A DNA stretch of 64,000 nt from Tubiluchus corallicola (taxonomy: Eukaryota > Animalia > Priapulida), in NCBI GenBank assembly GCA_030141605.1, contig JAQGDQ010000005.1:992180-1056179 (forward strand). The letters run 5' to 3'. Of the stretch, positions 27,499-41,100 are shown piece by piece (the first letter of the stretch is position 1; every line of letters starts with the position of its first letter). Below the pieces are notes generated by a model, which saw only the letters and a list, made by a program, of their open reading frames with translations, did no database searches and was not told the DNA's origin. The translations under genes and the position numbers were made by a program.

Positions 27499-28264
27499 CC
27501 AGAGAACTTTTAAACTACATCCTTACAGGATTACCTACTAGTTTTGGCTGAAACCTACACTTTCTTTTCGATGTTTCTTCATTTGGACAAAAATGTCTTT
27601 GGTTTTTTTTTTTTTTAACAGCAGTGCATCTGTAGTCGTGTATAATATATACATCTTTGGTTATGTTTAGTAAGTAAATTGAGAAAATGATTGCAGTGAT
27701 TTTGTTAAAATAAACCTTAGTAGACCTAGGTAAAACAAATATTTTAATTCTTAAGCTTTTTCTTTTATAATGTAGAAATATAAATTTTAGAATACCTGGG
27801 TAATAGTGATAATTTAAAATTAAGCGCTGTGGTAGGCAGTATACCAGATGACACTGCCGGAAAGCAATGTTTTCTTTATCCACTTACTGCGCAAGATTGA
27901 TGTTACTTAACTTTTGTTGCTAAGCATACATGTGATCACTTGACTTATTCCTTAGCCTAGGATATGGTTGTCGTTTTGTAGTGTGATGATGTTTAAACAT
28001 ATTATGGTCTCAATGGAAATGTTGACCACAATTATTGTTTAAAATAGGTCCCACATTAACGTTTACTAATGGTTTCGCATACACGAGCATATAATATGAG
28101 TACTGCAGTTGACTGCTGGTAACCACAAGCAATGAGCCTTCAATTTCAGTTTTGCGGTCCTGTCTCTGCCCACATTTGTAACCATTCTAGCTCTTGTATT
28201 AGACTTGCAAATGTCAAGCATGGGTTACACCTCAAGTTTTTTGCATTTCCTCATTCAAAATTGA

Positions 28265-29250
28265 ATGAATTGCAGACATGCACCATTCAAGACAGATTTT
28301 AACTCGAATAATATAACTATCAAGACATACATCAAAAATTTATCGACCGATAGGATAAGCTGTAATGGTGGGCATAATTGGTTACCTGCCTGTAAGTCAC
28401 TGGAATCAATTACTTACAGAAAACTTTGTGTAAGCACTAATGCACTCAAAGCCATCCGACGACGAGTTCCAACGACATTTTGAGAACTTACTGGATCCCC
28501 GGGTTGATGACACCCTGCTTGTTGATGAAGAGCACTTTTCTGACGCACCTGAAATACCTATATTAGACAACCTATCACAGCAGCCGAATATACCGAGGCA
28601 GTACAAAAAATCAAACCTAATAAATCTGGAGGTTGTGATGGGAATGCTCCTGATATTTTTAAAATTCTACCTGTTGTTTTGAGTGTGGTGATTATGGACT
28701 TATTCAATAAAATATTTTGGTATGGCAAATACCCTGCCCAGTGGTGCATCTCTGGACTAGAGGTAATTTTCAAGAAAGGATGTTGTGAAGTGTGTAGCAG
28801 TTACAGAGGGATTGCCGTTTTGAATGGGTTAAGTAAATTGTATATGAGACAATGACGATGCGGTTTAGTCCATGGTATAAACATCGTGCTGAACAGACAG
28901 GAGCACAAAACGACAGAGGGTGCTTGGAGCAAATACTAGCACTACGTCTACTAATCGAATATGCGAAAGTGAAAGGAGTAAAAGTTTGGATATTATTTGT
29001 TGATTTTAAACAAACCTACGATAAGGTACCTCGAAATAAGCTGATTACTTACTGAAAAATGTTGGGTGAGATCGAAGATTTTTGATAACGATTAAAGAAA
29101 TGTGTAAGTGCGCACGTTTAGCATTGCGAACTGCCATCATTGATGTGAAGCAGGGAGTGCCAATGAGTTGTTTGCTCTTTGTGTTTTATCTAGACTTCAT
29201 GGTGCGTAAGATTTGCGAGTACGGAATAGACGGCTTAATTGGAAATCTCT
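28265..29250 (+). mobile_element. Non-LTR retrotransposon reverse transcriptase pseudogene fragment
   Basis: Frameshifted RT motifs: IKPNKSGGCDG, IFKKG..C.SYRGIAV, EQTGAQNDRGCLEQILALRLLIE, LFVDFKQTYDKVPR, VKQGVPMSCLLF. Confidence 0.9.
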
Positions 29251-30187
29251 TGGAATCATTCACTTCACAACAGTGACCAATTTTACAATGAATATCACAG
29301 AACTAGTCTTTGCCGCAGCTCTTTTATAAGTGCAACAACCCAAGCCTGGAACAATTTGCCCCATGATATTAGAAATGCTCTCTCGCTTACTCAATTTAAA
29401 CGTGGACAACTTAGATGAGTTTAGAGTTAGTAAGCCACCACCTCATTCTGCTACTGGTGCTAGGTTTGGGCAGGTTTACATGGCAGGGATGAGAATGGAT
29501 TGCAGTTTACTAAAAGCACACATATATTCTAATTGTATTACCCCTTCTCCACAGCACTCTTGAGGCGCTCTCTATGAAGATCCCAACAATTTTCTTATGC
29601 ACTGTCCACAAAACCAACAAATCCGCACTCAGTATATCTATCCTATAAATACCCAAATACTACAGCATACATATGGCGACCTCACTTCCCGCTGATTCTA
29701 ACGATGATATAGTATTTGCTGTCATTTCGGTTGTTATACAAAGTGGGCGCTTTAATCAATAAAACTAAAACTATAATTTTTTAAAACCTCTGACTTATAC
29801 CTTACAAGACAAATTATTTATACACTTACGTTCCCGTGACCCCAACCCTTTCATCTTTCATTAGCTGCATTATCATTCATTCATTCTATTTTTGTAGCTT
29901 AACATCAACAACAAACACATCATAATCAACGTGTTCCACCTTTTTGCACACTCCTATTCAAAAAACAAGTTACAAACCTCAATTTCGCTCTTACTTAATA
30001 CATAACTAACAGTCCTTATAATCGTGTGCCTAACTTACAAATGACGTATTTACTCACTGAAAGGTTTTTATATAGGTCATACCTGTTAGCCAATCAGCAT
30101 TTGATTAATTACCCATTGTTTTTTTATTATAAATGTACTTACCATTGTAATGCTTCTTATCAAATAAAGAAAATATTGTTAAAAAAA
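29250..30187 (+). mobile_element. 3' end of a second LINE (CR1/L2-group-like C-terminus, 3' UTR and A-tail)
   Basis: MRMDCSLLKAHIYSNCITPSPQHS*GALYEDPNNFLMHCP is a decayed CCHC region; ends AATAAAGAAAATATTGTTAAAAAAA. Confidence 0.6.
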
Positions 30188-31139
30188 TTAAATTGTGATT
30201 TTGCTTTTTTGAATGGGTGATTTTCAGAATGTAGTACACACGTATATGCAACGTTAGCCCTATTTTAACAAGTGCAATTTTTACATCTCTAAATGCAGAT
30301 TATCATCTTTGTTTTATTTATAGGTAATTAATATTTTCCATTTAGAAACATACGCAGTTTCTGATTTACTTTTTCTATTTAACACGTAAACTACGATTTA
30401 CATTGCAGCTCGTGATTATTTCAGATCATCAAATCTCCCGCCAAAATACTGGTGTCTCATCGCGGGTTGACGTCTCGCCGTTCTACTACATAATGGACCG
30501 CTAAGCCAGTTTCATTTTGAAACGTTGAGCTGACTGCCATAAACGGAAGTTCTCAGTGCAGTCACAAGTCCACTTCGCGTGCGATAAATGCATTGTACAT
30601 GCTGTCACCACAATTATAGCAATAGTGTTAAGAACGCAATAATGTCTTTATTGTATCTCAATGCTGTAATTTAAGTCAGTACTATACAAGGCAACATTAG
30701 TGCATACAAGCTCATTTTTTAGCAGTCGTTCAACATGTTCGTAAAATTAATGATTTCCTGAACACTCACTGCAAAATATAAATGCAACATTTTAGTCAGA
30801 AAAGAAAACAGATGAATCGTACTGTTGGCCATGGAAAAACTTATGTCAACTCTTCACTGTACGTGTTGGACTAATTTTCTTCTTTGATTATCCTATATAA
30901 TTGTAACCATTAGTCACTAAATCTAATCTAACCTGTACAAATGAACTGTGAGAAAAATTGAACAAGTGCATGTTTGGATGCCTATTACGCGGCAAATGCT
31001 TTCCTGCCTCAGTGTAACTGCACGTAAAAGAAAAAAATCACTTAATACTAATGCTGGGTGTGTATTGTTATACCATAATATATAAACTTTTAGAAGTTTA
31101 TAAAACATAATTTTTTTTAATAGTGAAAAACAAAATGCG

Positions 31140-31191
31140 TAGCAAAATCAGAATCTCCTTTCGGAAAGATATAGTGGCCCTGAAAAGGGCC
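31140..31191 (-). promoter_or_regulatory. H2B 3' histone stem-loop plus histone downstream element
   Basis: Minus strand: GGCCCTTTTCAGGGCC (31191-31176), then GAAAGGAGATTCTGATTTTGCTA (31162-31140). Confidence 0.95.
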
Positions 31192-31223
31192 GGTTGGTTT
31201 TAGTGGTGTAATAGTTCAGCAAT

Positions 31224-31592
31224 CTACTTGGAGCTCGTGTACTTCGTCACTGCTTTGGTTCCTTCACTCACAGCGTGCTTAGCTAACTCTCCTGGAAGGA
31301 GAAGACGGACAGCAGTCTGGATTTCTCTGCTTGTGATGGTGGAACGCTTATTGTAATGAGCGAGACGGGATGCTTCTCCAGATATTCTCTCAAACAGGTC
31401 GTTGACAAAGCTATTCATAATGCTCATTGCTTTGCTAGAGATTCCAGTATCAGGATGGACCTGTTTCAACACCTTGTAGATGTAAATGCTATAACTTTCC
31501 TTTCTCTTGCGCCTCTTCTTTTTCTCAGAAGTTGGTCTTTTCTGGGCTTTACCAGCCTTCTTCGCTGCTTTACCACTTGGTTTTGGAGGCAT
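31224..31592 (-). CDS. H2B: Histone H2B, replication-dependent type
   Basis: Intronless 122-aa ORF with [27 protein letters not shown] ... [10 protein letters not shown], followed by the histone stem-loop. Confidence 0.99.
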   Translation of the reverse strand: MPPKPSGKAAKKAGKAQKRPTSEKKKRRKRKESYSIYIYKVLKQVHPDTGISSKAMSIMNSFVNDLFERISGEASRLAHYNKRSTITSREIQTAVRLLLPGELAKHAVSEGTKAVTKYTSSK

Positions 31593-31914
31593 CTTCTCTT
31601 ACGTGCAAACACAAAATAAAATTCAACTCAGTAATCGAATAGCTGATCGTGTTTATCATCGTAACGCAGCATTTCGTCCTGCTTATATAGGCTGCGCAGG
31701 ATTGAACAGCGGATTGAGTGCACAAACCTTCCTCGCTTGAGCAAACAGAGCCGTTATTTTAAGCATCCAATAGACTGGCCGTGCGTTGGCTGCCTGCGCT
31801 CATCTGTTGTTCTATTGGTTTACGAATCTGTGCCTCAATCCAAGCGCGGGTATAAAAGCCTGATCTCGGTTAGTTATTTAAACTATCTTATTTAAACTAT
31901 ATAATTTATACATT
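31593..31914. promoter_or_regulatory. Bidirectional H2B/H2A promoter
   Basis: TATA boxes on opposite strands (CCTATATAAG minus near 31682-31691; TATAAAA plus at 31851), with CCAAT (about 31767) and ATTGG (about 31814) between them. Confidence 0.85.
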
Positions 31915-32292
31915 ATGTCTGGTAGAGGTAAAGGAGGCAAAGTTAGAGCAAAGGCAAAAAGCCGTTCTACCCGGGCAGGTCTACAATTCCCGGTAGGACG
32001 TATTCACAGACTTCTCCGCAAGGGCAACTATGCAGAAAGAGTTGGTGCTGGAGCTCCTGTTTATCTTGCAGCAGTAATGGAATATTTGGCTGCTGAAGTT
32101 CTGGAATTGGCTGGTAATGCTGCTCGTGATAACAAGAAGACGAGAATAATTCCACGACATTTGCAGTTAGCCATCAGGAATGATGAGGAACTGAACAAGC
32201 TTTTGTCTGGGGTGACCATTGCGCAAGGTGGAGTTTTGCCTAACATTCAAGCAGTCTTGCTGCCAAAGAAAACCGAGAAGAAGGCTAAATAG
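31915..32292 (+). CDS. H2A: Histone H2A, replication-dependent type
   Basis: Intronless 125-aa ORF with [26 protein letters not shown]; no SQ(E/D)Y H2A.X tail. Confidence 0.99.
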   Translation: MSGRGKGGKVRAKAKSRSTRAGLQFPVGRIHRLLRKGNYAERVGAGAPVYLAAVMEYLAAEVLELAGNAARDNKKTRIIPRHLQLAIRNDEELNKLLSGVTIAQGGVLPNIQAVLLPKKTEKKAK

Positions 32293-32313
32293 ATGAAGCA
32301 AGTAAAACCAACC

Positions 32314-32363
32314 GGCCCTTTTCAGGGCCACATTTAATGTGAAAGGAAATTCTGATTTTGCTA
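32314..32363 (+). promoter_or_regulatory. H2A 3' histone stem-loop plus histone downstream element
   Basis: GGCCCTTTTCAGGGCC 32314-32329, then GAAAGGAAATTCTGATTTTGCTA 32341-32363. Confidence 0.95.
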
Positions 32364-35158
32364 TTGTTTTTTGTATCCGGTGTTTTTGCTAAGAGGCTTG
32401 TGTAAGTTGCGTAGATTGAATATTCAGGCGCGTAGCACAATATCCACAACAATACTTCTTACGTGGCGTCACAGCAATCCCTACTGCCTAGTAAGCATCT
32501 TCACCTACGCTAGCAGCCTGGTACGGTTTCATGAAGGACAGTAGCGGCAGGCGGTATCACTGATTTCGAGTCGTGATCAGAGAACGTAATAGCTGATGCG
32601 CGATTAGTGATAATATTTTGTTCGTCACAACCTTTCACTCGCAGTTTATCCATTTAGACAGTTGTGTCAGGTGCATTTTCGTGTTTCAAATTCATTACAC
32701 GGATAACAGTATTATTAGGTGACGCTCATTAACACACGTGATTAAATACTGTAATATTAGTATTAACAGTTATTGCCGCAATTATCTAGAAAACATGAAA
32801 GTCGAATTGCTTTACGTATATAATATATCATGTGAGCGTTATAGGTAGTAATAGCTAGGAAAGTAGACATTCTGCTTGTTCCTGGTATAACGACAGATAA
32901 TATGGAATTTTTGTGCCTATAAGGTACAAAAGTTTAAGTTACATTCGTATATTTACTGTGTTAACATGTTCCGTTTTTTATTTATTTTTTGTTAATTAAC
33001 CTGCCTATAGACATTATCTGTTATTGATTGTTTTCTCTGTGTTTTTTGTTTGTGAAAGCTTTATTGCAATAGCTTTTGCTGATGTACATTTTTTACTCGT
33101 TTTTGTCTGAGCTCGATTTTTTAATACAAATTAAATACGTATCGGGCCTTTCATCATTGAATTACTGTTTGTTTAATATTCCTGTATGCTATTTTGCGGT
33201 ACCTTTCTCCTGCTTCTGAGTCTGACTCGACTTTTGTCTGCGCACGACATAATAAATAAATGGTCAATGTTTACGTCTTGGCAAACAAATACGGTGTATG
33301 TGCGCACGGAATCTATGCAATATTGTTTTCCTTACTAGATGGCAGCACCATGTGACATTTGGTTTTTTATTTAGTTGACTAAAATTTGTTTAAGCATAAA
33401 AAATTCTTTTAGTTAGTAAAAGCAAGTATATATGGCAAATGCTGCAAAAAATTCATTGAAATGTTTGCATGTCAGTACGTTACACAACAAACCTGACCTC
33501 AGTGAAGATATTTAATCGCCAAGTTTATATTTTATGCTTTGCTTTTTATATATGATTCTCAAGGCGATTTTAAATCCGAAGCCTGTCACACAGTAGCCGG
33601 ATTTTATTTAATAGTCAACAATGGAGAAATTTAAATCTGGCTATTATCACCTAACCTTTGCTCTTGTACGCACCTACTTATTGCTAGGTATAATAAATTA
33701 AGTCATTTTTATACTCATCACTCTTTTATTATACACTGTGCTTTTATAAATAATAATGCAGCACAACTGATAAAGATCATATCACATGAACTAGTACACA
33801 TAACGATAACTGAATTATTCTTAAAGTTAAGTATTTATAATTAGCAAATCCTCGAATTCTGAAAGCAGGTTAGGCTTGAGAGCAGTGAAGGGCTTAAGAA
33901 AACCATGTAGAAGACTGATTTGACAGTTACTGCTGCAATATGCTTAGAATGAGTTATTGCTCTGTATAAAATTAATTAAAGATTCAATACCATCTACATA
34001 CAGAACAGCAGCAAATAAATAAACGTAAAATTTAAGGTATAGCTGCACCAGTTATTGATGGAACATGTAAATATCTTGCACGAGAAAGTGTACTGGCAAC
34101 TACATTATATACTTTAAAATTAATTTTACTATAAATACTTTGAATTTTACTTCGTACCACAATGCTATGTTTGATGAAACAGGACTGGAAAATCTTTTTT
34201 TATTTTATCTCATTGCTTTTGCAACCGGTCTGCTCCCAAAATCTTGAGTACTCATCCACCCTTGGTTAAAATTGGTGCCCAAAATGGAATATTCCAAGAA
34301 AGGTTACATTGATAAAGGCATTTACCAAATGAAGATATGCATGTGTCCAGACAAGTGCAAACTTCCAATATGAAAATATACTTCAGCGAGAAAATCAAGT
34401 GGAAAAACACATCACAAGAACTCATGCAATTATCAATTTCAACACAAATTTACACAAACAGTTAATGTAAATAAATACATTTTTATAGGATATAACAGGT
34501 CACTAAACAGTCATTTTGTAGGCAAATCACTTTCACCATAAGGTAAACTGGAACTCAAGTGGTATTTTTTGGTTTACTGATTCATATCAACATCAACACT
34601 ATTTTACCAAATTAGTTTTACAACCATGTGCTCTTCCCAATGAGACTCCTACAGAAGGCAAAATTTGGCCATTACCTCTACTTACGGTAACACGTATTTA
34701 TATGTTCAATGATAACTTTAAAATCTCGCTCAAACATTGCCAGGTATAAAGTGCCTAAAAATTTTTTGTTCATTTTTCATTAAAACAAAGCACTTATATA
34801 GAAGTACATATAATGCATGAAACATCAACAGTAAAAAGGCATAAGTCTCATCTGACGAGTTCATTAATCTTGTTGCATTTTGAGATACATCTCATCATAA
34901 CTATATATGCAAACATAAATTATTAATAATTAACATAAAACCTAAATATATATGGATAGCAACATGCTTAACAATAACCAGTGTGTTCAATCCACAGCAA
35001 GTACATCATATAAAAAAGTAGCAAGTGAGAAACATCACAGTTTTGTTTAGGAACAATCAAACACAACCAACACAACAACACTGTTTGCAATACAGATACC
35101 CTAACACATGAAAAATCTTTGAAGACAAAATCATCACAAATTTAACAAGCTTTTTAAG

Positions 35159-38100
35159 CTATTTGCTACCCTCACTATCATCTGCGCTGTTCTCAGTCAC
35201 CTGAGCCATAGACGGAGGTGTCTTTGCAGCGTACTTTGGTTGTCTATCATACTGGTTTCCTTTATCTAAATCTTCTTGTGAACTCTCTGAAATTGGTAAA
35301 TCAATCTTGCTGAAGCACAGCCTCCAATCAATTAGCAAGATTAGCAGAGAAAAACTAAATAGACTTTTACAGAAACAAATGATACCTTTAAAATAATTTT
35401 AAATGTCTTCTTTTCTTCTTCTTATGATACAAAACTTCATTTTCAAATGAGTGGCAAAAAGGACACAGTGAAGAAATGTAAAAAATTAGCAGTTTAAAGC
35501 ATATCAAAGAACAAAAGTTTTATCGACTAAACCCTATTATCAGTAACTCACAAATAGCAAAACTGTGTACTGCTTAACTTGTAGCGTTAAGGAAAAAAGA
35601 AAATTCTAAAAATTAAGGGTAATAGTACATGTTTCCTATATAAATAAACAAAAAAGCTCATCGGAACTTGAAATCTCATATATGTTACCAGAAAAATGGA
35701 GTTTATCTATATCAACTACGTGATTTACACTGTCTCTCTTGACTATACATTAATAAATAATAATATTATTAATAGCATTCATATGGCACCTAGTACACTA
35801 TTTCTCCAGGCCAGTTTTTTTCACAAATAACAACTTTTTTAACTTTTATTTAACCCACTTCACAAGTTCACAATTTGGAGACATTACACATAGTTTACAT
35901 GCAGATGTGGGCTATCCATACATGGAGAGCCATACATGGCAAAAAACCGCAAACCGTACCGACCACCCAGATTTGAACATAACAGATTAAAACACAAAAA
36001 GAATCGCTGGAAAGACACTTAGTTACCATATTCACTTACCATTCAAGCTTTCTGAAGTGCTGATTGAACTGGGAGATATTTTACTGGAATCGCTGCTATT
36101 CCATCTAGGTGGAGTGATTGCCTGCTTCTTATTGGGTGGTGGACTATTCTGAATTTGCATGTGATATTTATAAGTATTCTCTGTACTTTCCATCACACCT
36201 ACCACAAAAAAATTAGCGTAATTTTGCTGAATATGAGAGGAGAAACTGTATGTAAAAAGAATGGTGCTGACATTCAAGGTAAAAAAGCTTAAAAACCTGA
36301 AGCCAAGTCGAATGTACGTCCACTGATGCTTGTTTCTTTCGGGGCTGGTGACCACCAGTTTATTAAAGAGCCAACAATCGGCACATAGCGTAGGATACCC
36401 TAAATAAAAATGTATTAATTACCCATCATTATAAGAATTTATCACATATATAAGAAATACGCAGATTATATATTTCTATATATGTATTCTGTGCACAACA
36501 AAACTGAAACTGTTCAACTCTAGATCTTGCATACAAAATATCCATTTGAGCATTTAAGCTATTTTATTAAGTGACAGAGTTAAAAAAACTGAATCTGTAG
36601 TGTGGAGACGTAGTTTATCAACTTGTTCTGCTTTGTATGTCTATGAAAGACACATTTTTTCTTCTGGTTATAAGCTTACACTCATGTGGAACTTCACTAT
36701 AACTCACTTTAAAATCATATCAGTACAAAGTAAACATGTTTCAATTCTTTGTCTCGTTTTACTATAAATACTGATGAATCCTTAAAAACTAAATTTATTA
36801 TTGCACAAATTATCTCTAAATTCACATGACAGAAAAACATCATACCTCTTGCATTAGTTTATCAACATTCTCTTGTTCAAGATCCTTATTCGCAGCCTCA
36901 ATTCCTTTCTTAACTACAGTAGCCATTGTTTCTATAAACTAAAAATGGAAGAAATAATAATCATTGTAAGCTTACTATGTAGGTTTCGGTTATTCAAATG
37001 AAAAGCTCATTACAGAGACACAACAACGATGTAAATTAATTGAAAATTTAAAAAATTTTGGCACGAAAGAAAATACTTAGAAATAATTAAATTTATTACA
37101 GAAAAACAAATTAACTACATCTCATTCATTATTCTAAAATTTGGTACTCCTTTGTGCATCACGTGAGATAGCTGGAAGATAATTAAGCTGTAGTTTCCCT
37201 TTTGCACCTTGTGATAATAAACATGGTACTTGCCGATAATGAAATTTTATGATTTATTCATATCTTTTTTATTATGGGAGGACTCATATATGTAAATTAA
37301 CCAAAAGCACATGGTTAAGTCACAGGAGCAGCCATCTACAAAAATTATTATCAAACTAACAAAAGCTGCAATTTTGAAAGAAAACTGTACCTAATCTTAA
37401 ACTATCTCCCCTAAAAAAATATTCAAAGGAAACACATTTTTTTTCAAGAATGGTTTACGTTGTTCAGAATTATTCAGTTGTGATGTACAGCACACGTTCA
37501 AGAACTCATGCATGAGCACAACGCATCTGAATTGTAAAATAAGCCGAGTATTTGTATGTCACACTGAATGTTGTACAGAAGCACTGTACTTCATTTTTCG
37601 CTTTCGCAAACACATGCAACACGATCATGGAATGTTTAAAAAATATGTCCTTTTTGTGATGTCATCACTAGTTGGGCTTGCCTGTCGTTAATTAAGTGCT
37701 TAGCCTATTATTTAATTATCAAAAAATGCTTAAGCATTATTATAGCTATTAAAATGTATACTTCTTACCATACTTCAAAATGGGACAGGATATGAGAAAT
37801 CATTCTACACTGCATTTTCCCTTTAATATTCATACTTTAGCTTTGGTTCTTGGATCATCAAGTAGGGACTAACTACCTAATTGAGCTGATATTGGCAAAT
37901 TTGCCAATAATTAGGACTTCATTTGCTGTAGTTATATAGTTGCTAAAACTCTAAATCTTTTAAGCAGCTGTAGTTATTATTAGTTATAGTGTAGCACAAT
38001 TTTTAGATACTTTAAGATTCATAGCAAATACTGCAAAATCCAAATTGAAATTCGCTTTTATGAATACAGATGAAGTATCTCAACATTTGTTGTATTTAAT

Positions 38101-41100
38101 TTTTTTGCTGAGTGATTCATATTGCTCAATCTTAAACAAATTATTAAACAAAATTACCTGTTTATTCAGAAATTATGCTGTTGTAGCAGAGATAAATTGT
38201 ATCTAGTCATCAGTACGAGCATGGAAATGTAGAAAATTATTTGGATAAGATTTATTTTTTAAACTGCACCTTTCACTCAGAACAGGTTGCATATATTAAA
38301 TATTCAACAAAACAGCTGATAATAGCAGCTTGTTGAACAGCTTCAGAAGCTTATAGCCAATGCCAGAAATACCTGATAATAATTTAAAAATTAGTAGTGA
38401 TTATATCACTATAGCAGTGTATTGTACCTTTGAAGATTCTTCTACTTCTTTACCAGTTTCACAAACCATGTTAATGAGATCTTCAGTGTCCGTGTCTTCT
38501 GTCACCATGCCAAATCGTATACATGCTTGTCCATCAACAGATTCTCCTAAATATGAGTTAAGTGTGATGGATTTGATTCTTTCATAAAAGATACTATAAA
38601 TACCTGTCTTGACTCATCAGCATAAATGTCTGTATATAATGGTTTTTACAGTCTAATAAGCAGGTGCAGTGGTCATTTTTGCGTTGGTTTCCCACAAAGT
38701 CAATTGACAAACACATCGTGCGAGCAATGTATGTAACAAAGCTTGTGGCTAATAGCAGTGACTTACAAATGAAGTAATAAGACTCAGTGTCTAAACAGAA
38801 TACAATAAGTGTGAGTTGGAAATCATTGCCCTGTGCCTTTCTTGCATATTTCGCAATAATCTCATAATCTCCCGTGCTCAAAGTTTTCATGATTTACATT
38901 ATTATTACTAACTAAAATATGTTCCACTTGCATATTAACAAAATGCACTTGACAAATATTTTATTCAAGTTAACGGTTAACCTAATGCAACATATTAACA
39001 CTACTGCATTTTGAAAAAAATTATTTAGCATGCAAGTTTGCCTCTCAAACCAACTGCCGGCAAGGCCTCTCAAACCAACTGCCGGCAAGGTTGGGGTATC
39101 AAAAATATAGCCCTTCTACAACTTCCGCAAATCTACCCTAAAGGTAATTAACAAGTAGGGGTGAGCATCAAATGTTCCAGTTCAATTCGAACGAATTTTT
39201 TTAGTTTGAATTCAATTCAAACCCAAAATTATACATTTGAATAATTCAGCACTTCAACTACATACGTTCCATACCATTACAGCATTTGAAACAGCATGCA
39301 ATCAGCACAATTTAGATGCGATTTCTGTGCACAAATTTTCAAGAAATTATTAGTGTTTTTATTGCAGAACAAAATCAAGTAATATGCAAGATCTTCGCAA
39401 AACTTCTTTTCCTTAGTAATTCAAAAATTTATTCGAAAATCTTTAAAACTGTTGATTTCGATTCAGATTCAAAAATCTCAAAATACGGTTCGATTCGAGT
39501 TCAAAAGTCAATTGAATTTGATTAAAATCCGCTTTCTGGTAGAGAATGCTCACCCCAAGTTACAGTGTTCTTGCTAACAAACCTAATGTGAAAGCGGAGT
39601 CAGCGTTCTTGACTTGGTGAAGAAGTTCAAGATTAATCTTGTTTAACTCATTCTTTTTTATCTCATCTGTAGAGTCATCGGAATTGTTTGCAAGATCTGT
39701 GGGAACGTAGCTAAAAATATGGTAAATCGATTACATTCACATTAACCCTGCAATCGTATTCTGAGAAGTATTTTAAACTAAAATCAAACTACTTTGCTAA
39801 CATGAAAAGGAAAAGCCAAAGCTTTATGTGACATGAGATGCAATACAAATGTGACTATATGGCACCGTTAGAAAACTGTAGAAAACAAAGTTTGTAATCT
39901 AATTAATATACTGACAAGACATATGAATGCGTGTTTACACTTTGGTTAAACAAAAAAAAACAACAAAAAAAAAACAAGTCCTTGGCATGAAGTTTATAAA
40001 CTTCCAAATAAGGCTTGTAAGTCACTTAACAAAGCAAATATAGTAAAACATTATATGCAGAAACACTAGTTATGAATGATTTTGGTGTTTTAGGTTCCGA
40101 AAAGCAATAGCCTTTTAACGAATTTTCGTTCACTAAGGCAATTATCTCTGCCTAAGGATAAAAATTGCTCAAAAAATTGATGGGCACATTGCTAGTACTA
40201 TATAGTGAATTAGGAACACTAGTTATGAACGACTTCAGAGTTTAAGGCACACTAACTCGCCGACTTTACTGCAGGAGGTTCTGCGGCTTGTCCCATATAA
40301 TCATTCATCCTAGTTTTGTATAAATCCAGTCATTTGTTGCAGCACTAATAGTGAAAGACTTGTTGTGGAAACCGGATAGGAGGATGGATAGGCACGTAAC
40401 CTCATTTTAACCGACTTAACTTTGACTGGTTGTTGACAAAGTATCAGCGTTAATACTGACATAATAATAATATAATACCAGTGCAAAAAGCAACAGTTGG
40501 TGTTGAAGCACCTTTTTAGATCAAATGTTGTCAGTGCTCTATATCATAAACTGCACATTCTAAAGTTATTTGTTTTACTGCAAAAAGGTCACAATAACCT
40601 CCTGTATTTTTGCTACTTATGCATTGATAATAAATAACTAAAAAAGTTTTGGTTAAGTCCAAATGCAATAAAAATTGTTGGCTTTTAAGTGCCAATACTT
40701 TTATGATGAAATTCAAGCATCTACCAATTGTTTGTTTTTGATTTGTCAATTTTGAAAACTCGCTAATAGCCACTATTGAAACAAATTTAAAGAGGCATTG
40801 TGCGTATGACACATGCTGTAATAACTGTAAAGAAACTACTATGTAATAATAATTTATAACATACCGAACTGCACCAAGCCCAGCCCAGTTCCCAACATCA
40901 ACTAACTCCAAATTGTTGTGTGATGTCACTATGTCTCTAAAAAGAGCTCGCTGTCGTGCTGTTGCATTTAATATGGAGACTTTGTCAAACAGACATTCAA
41001 TAAACTCATCCATGTGTTGAAGTGTAGTACCAATAACTAGAAATGTAAAATAGTTGTAAAGTTAGTTGTGCACACGGCCTATATAAAGATTAAGACCAAC

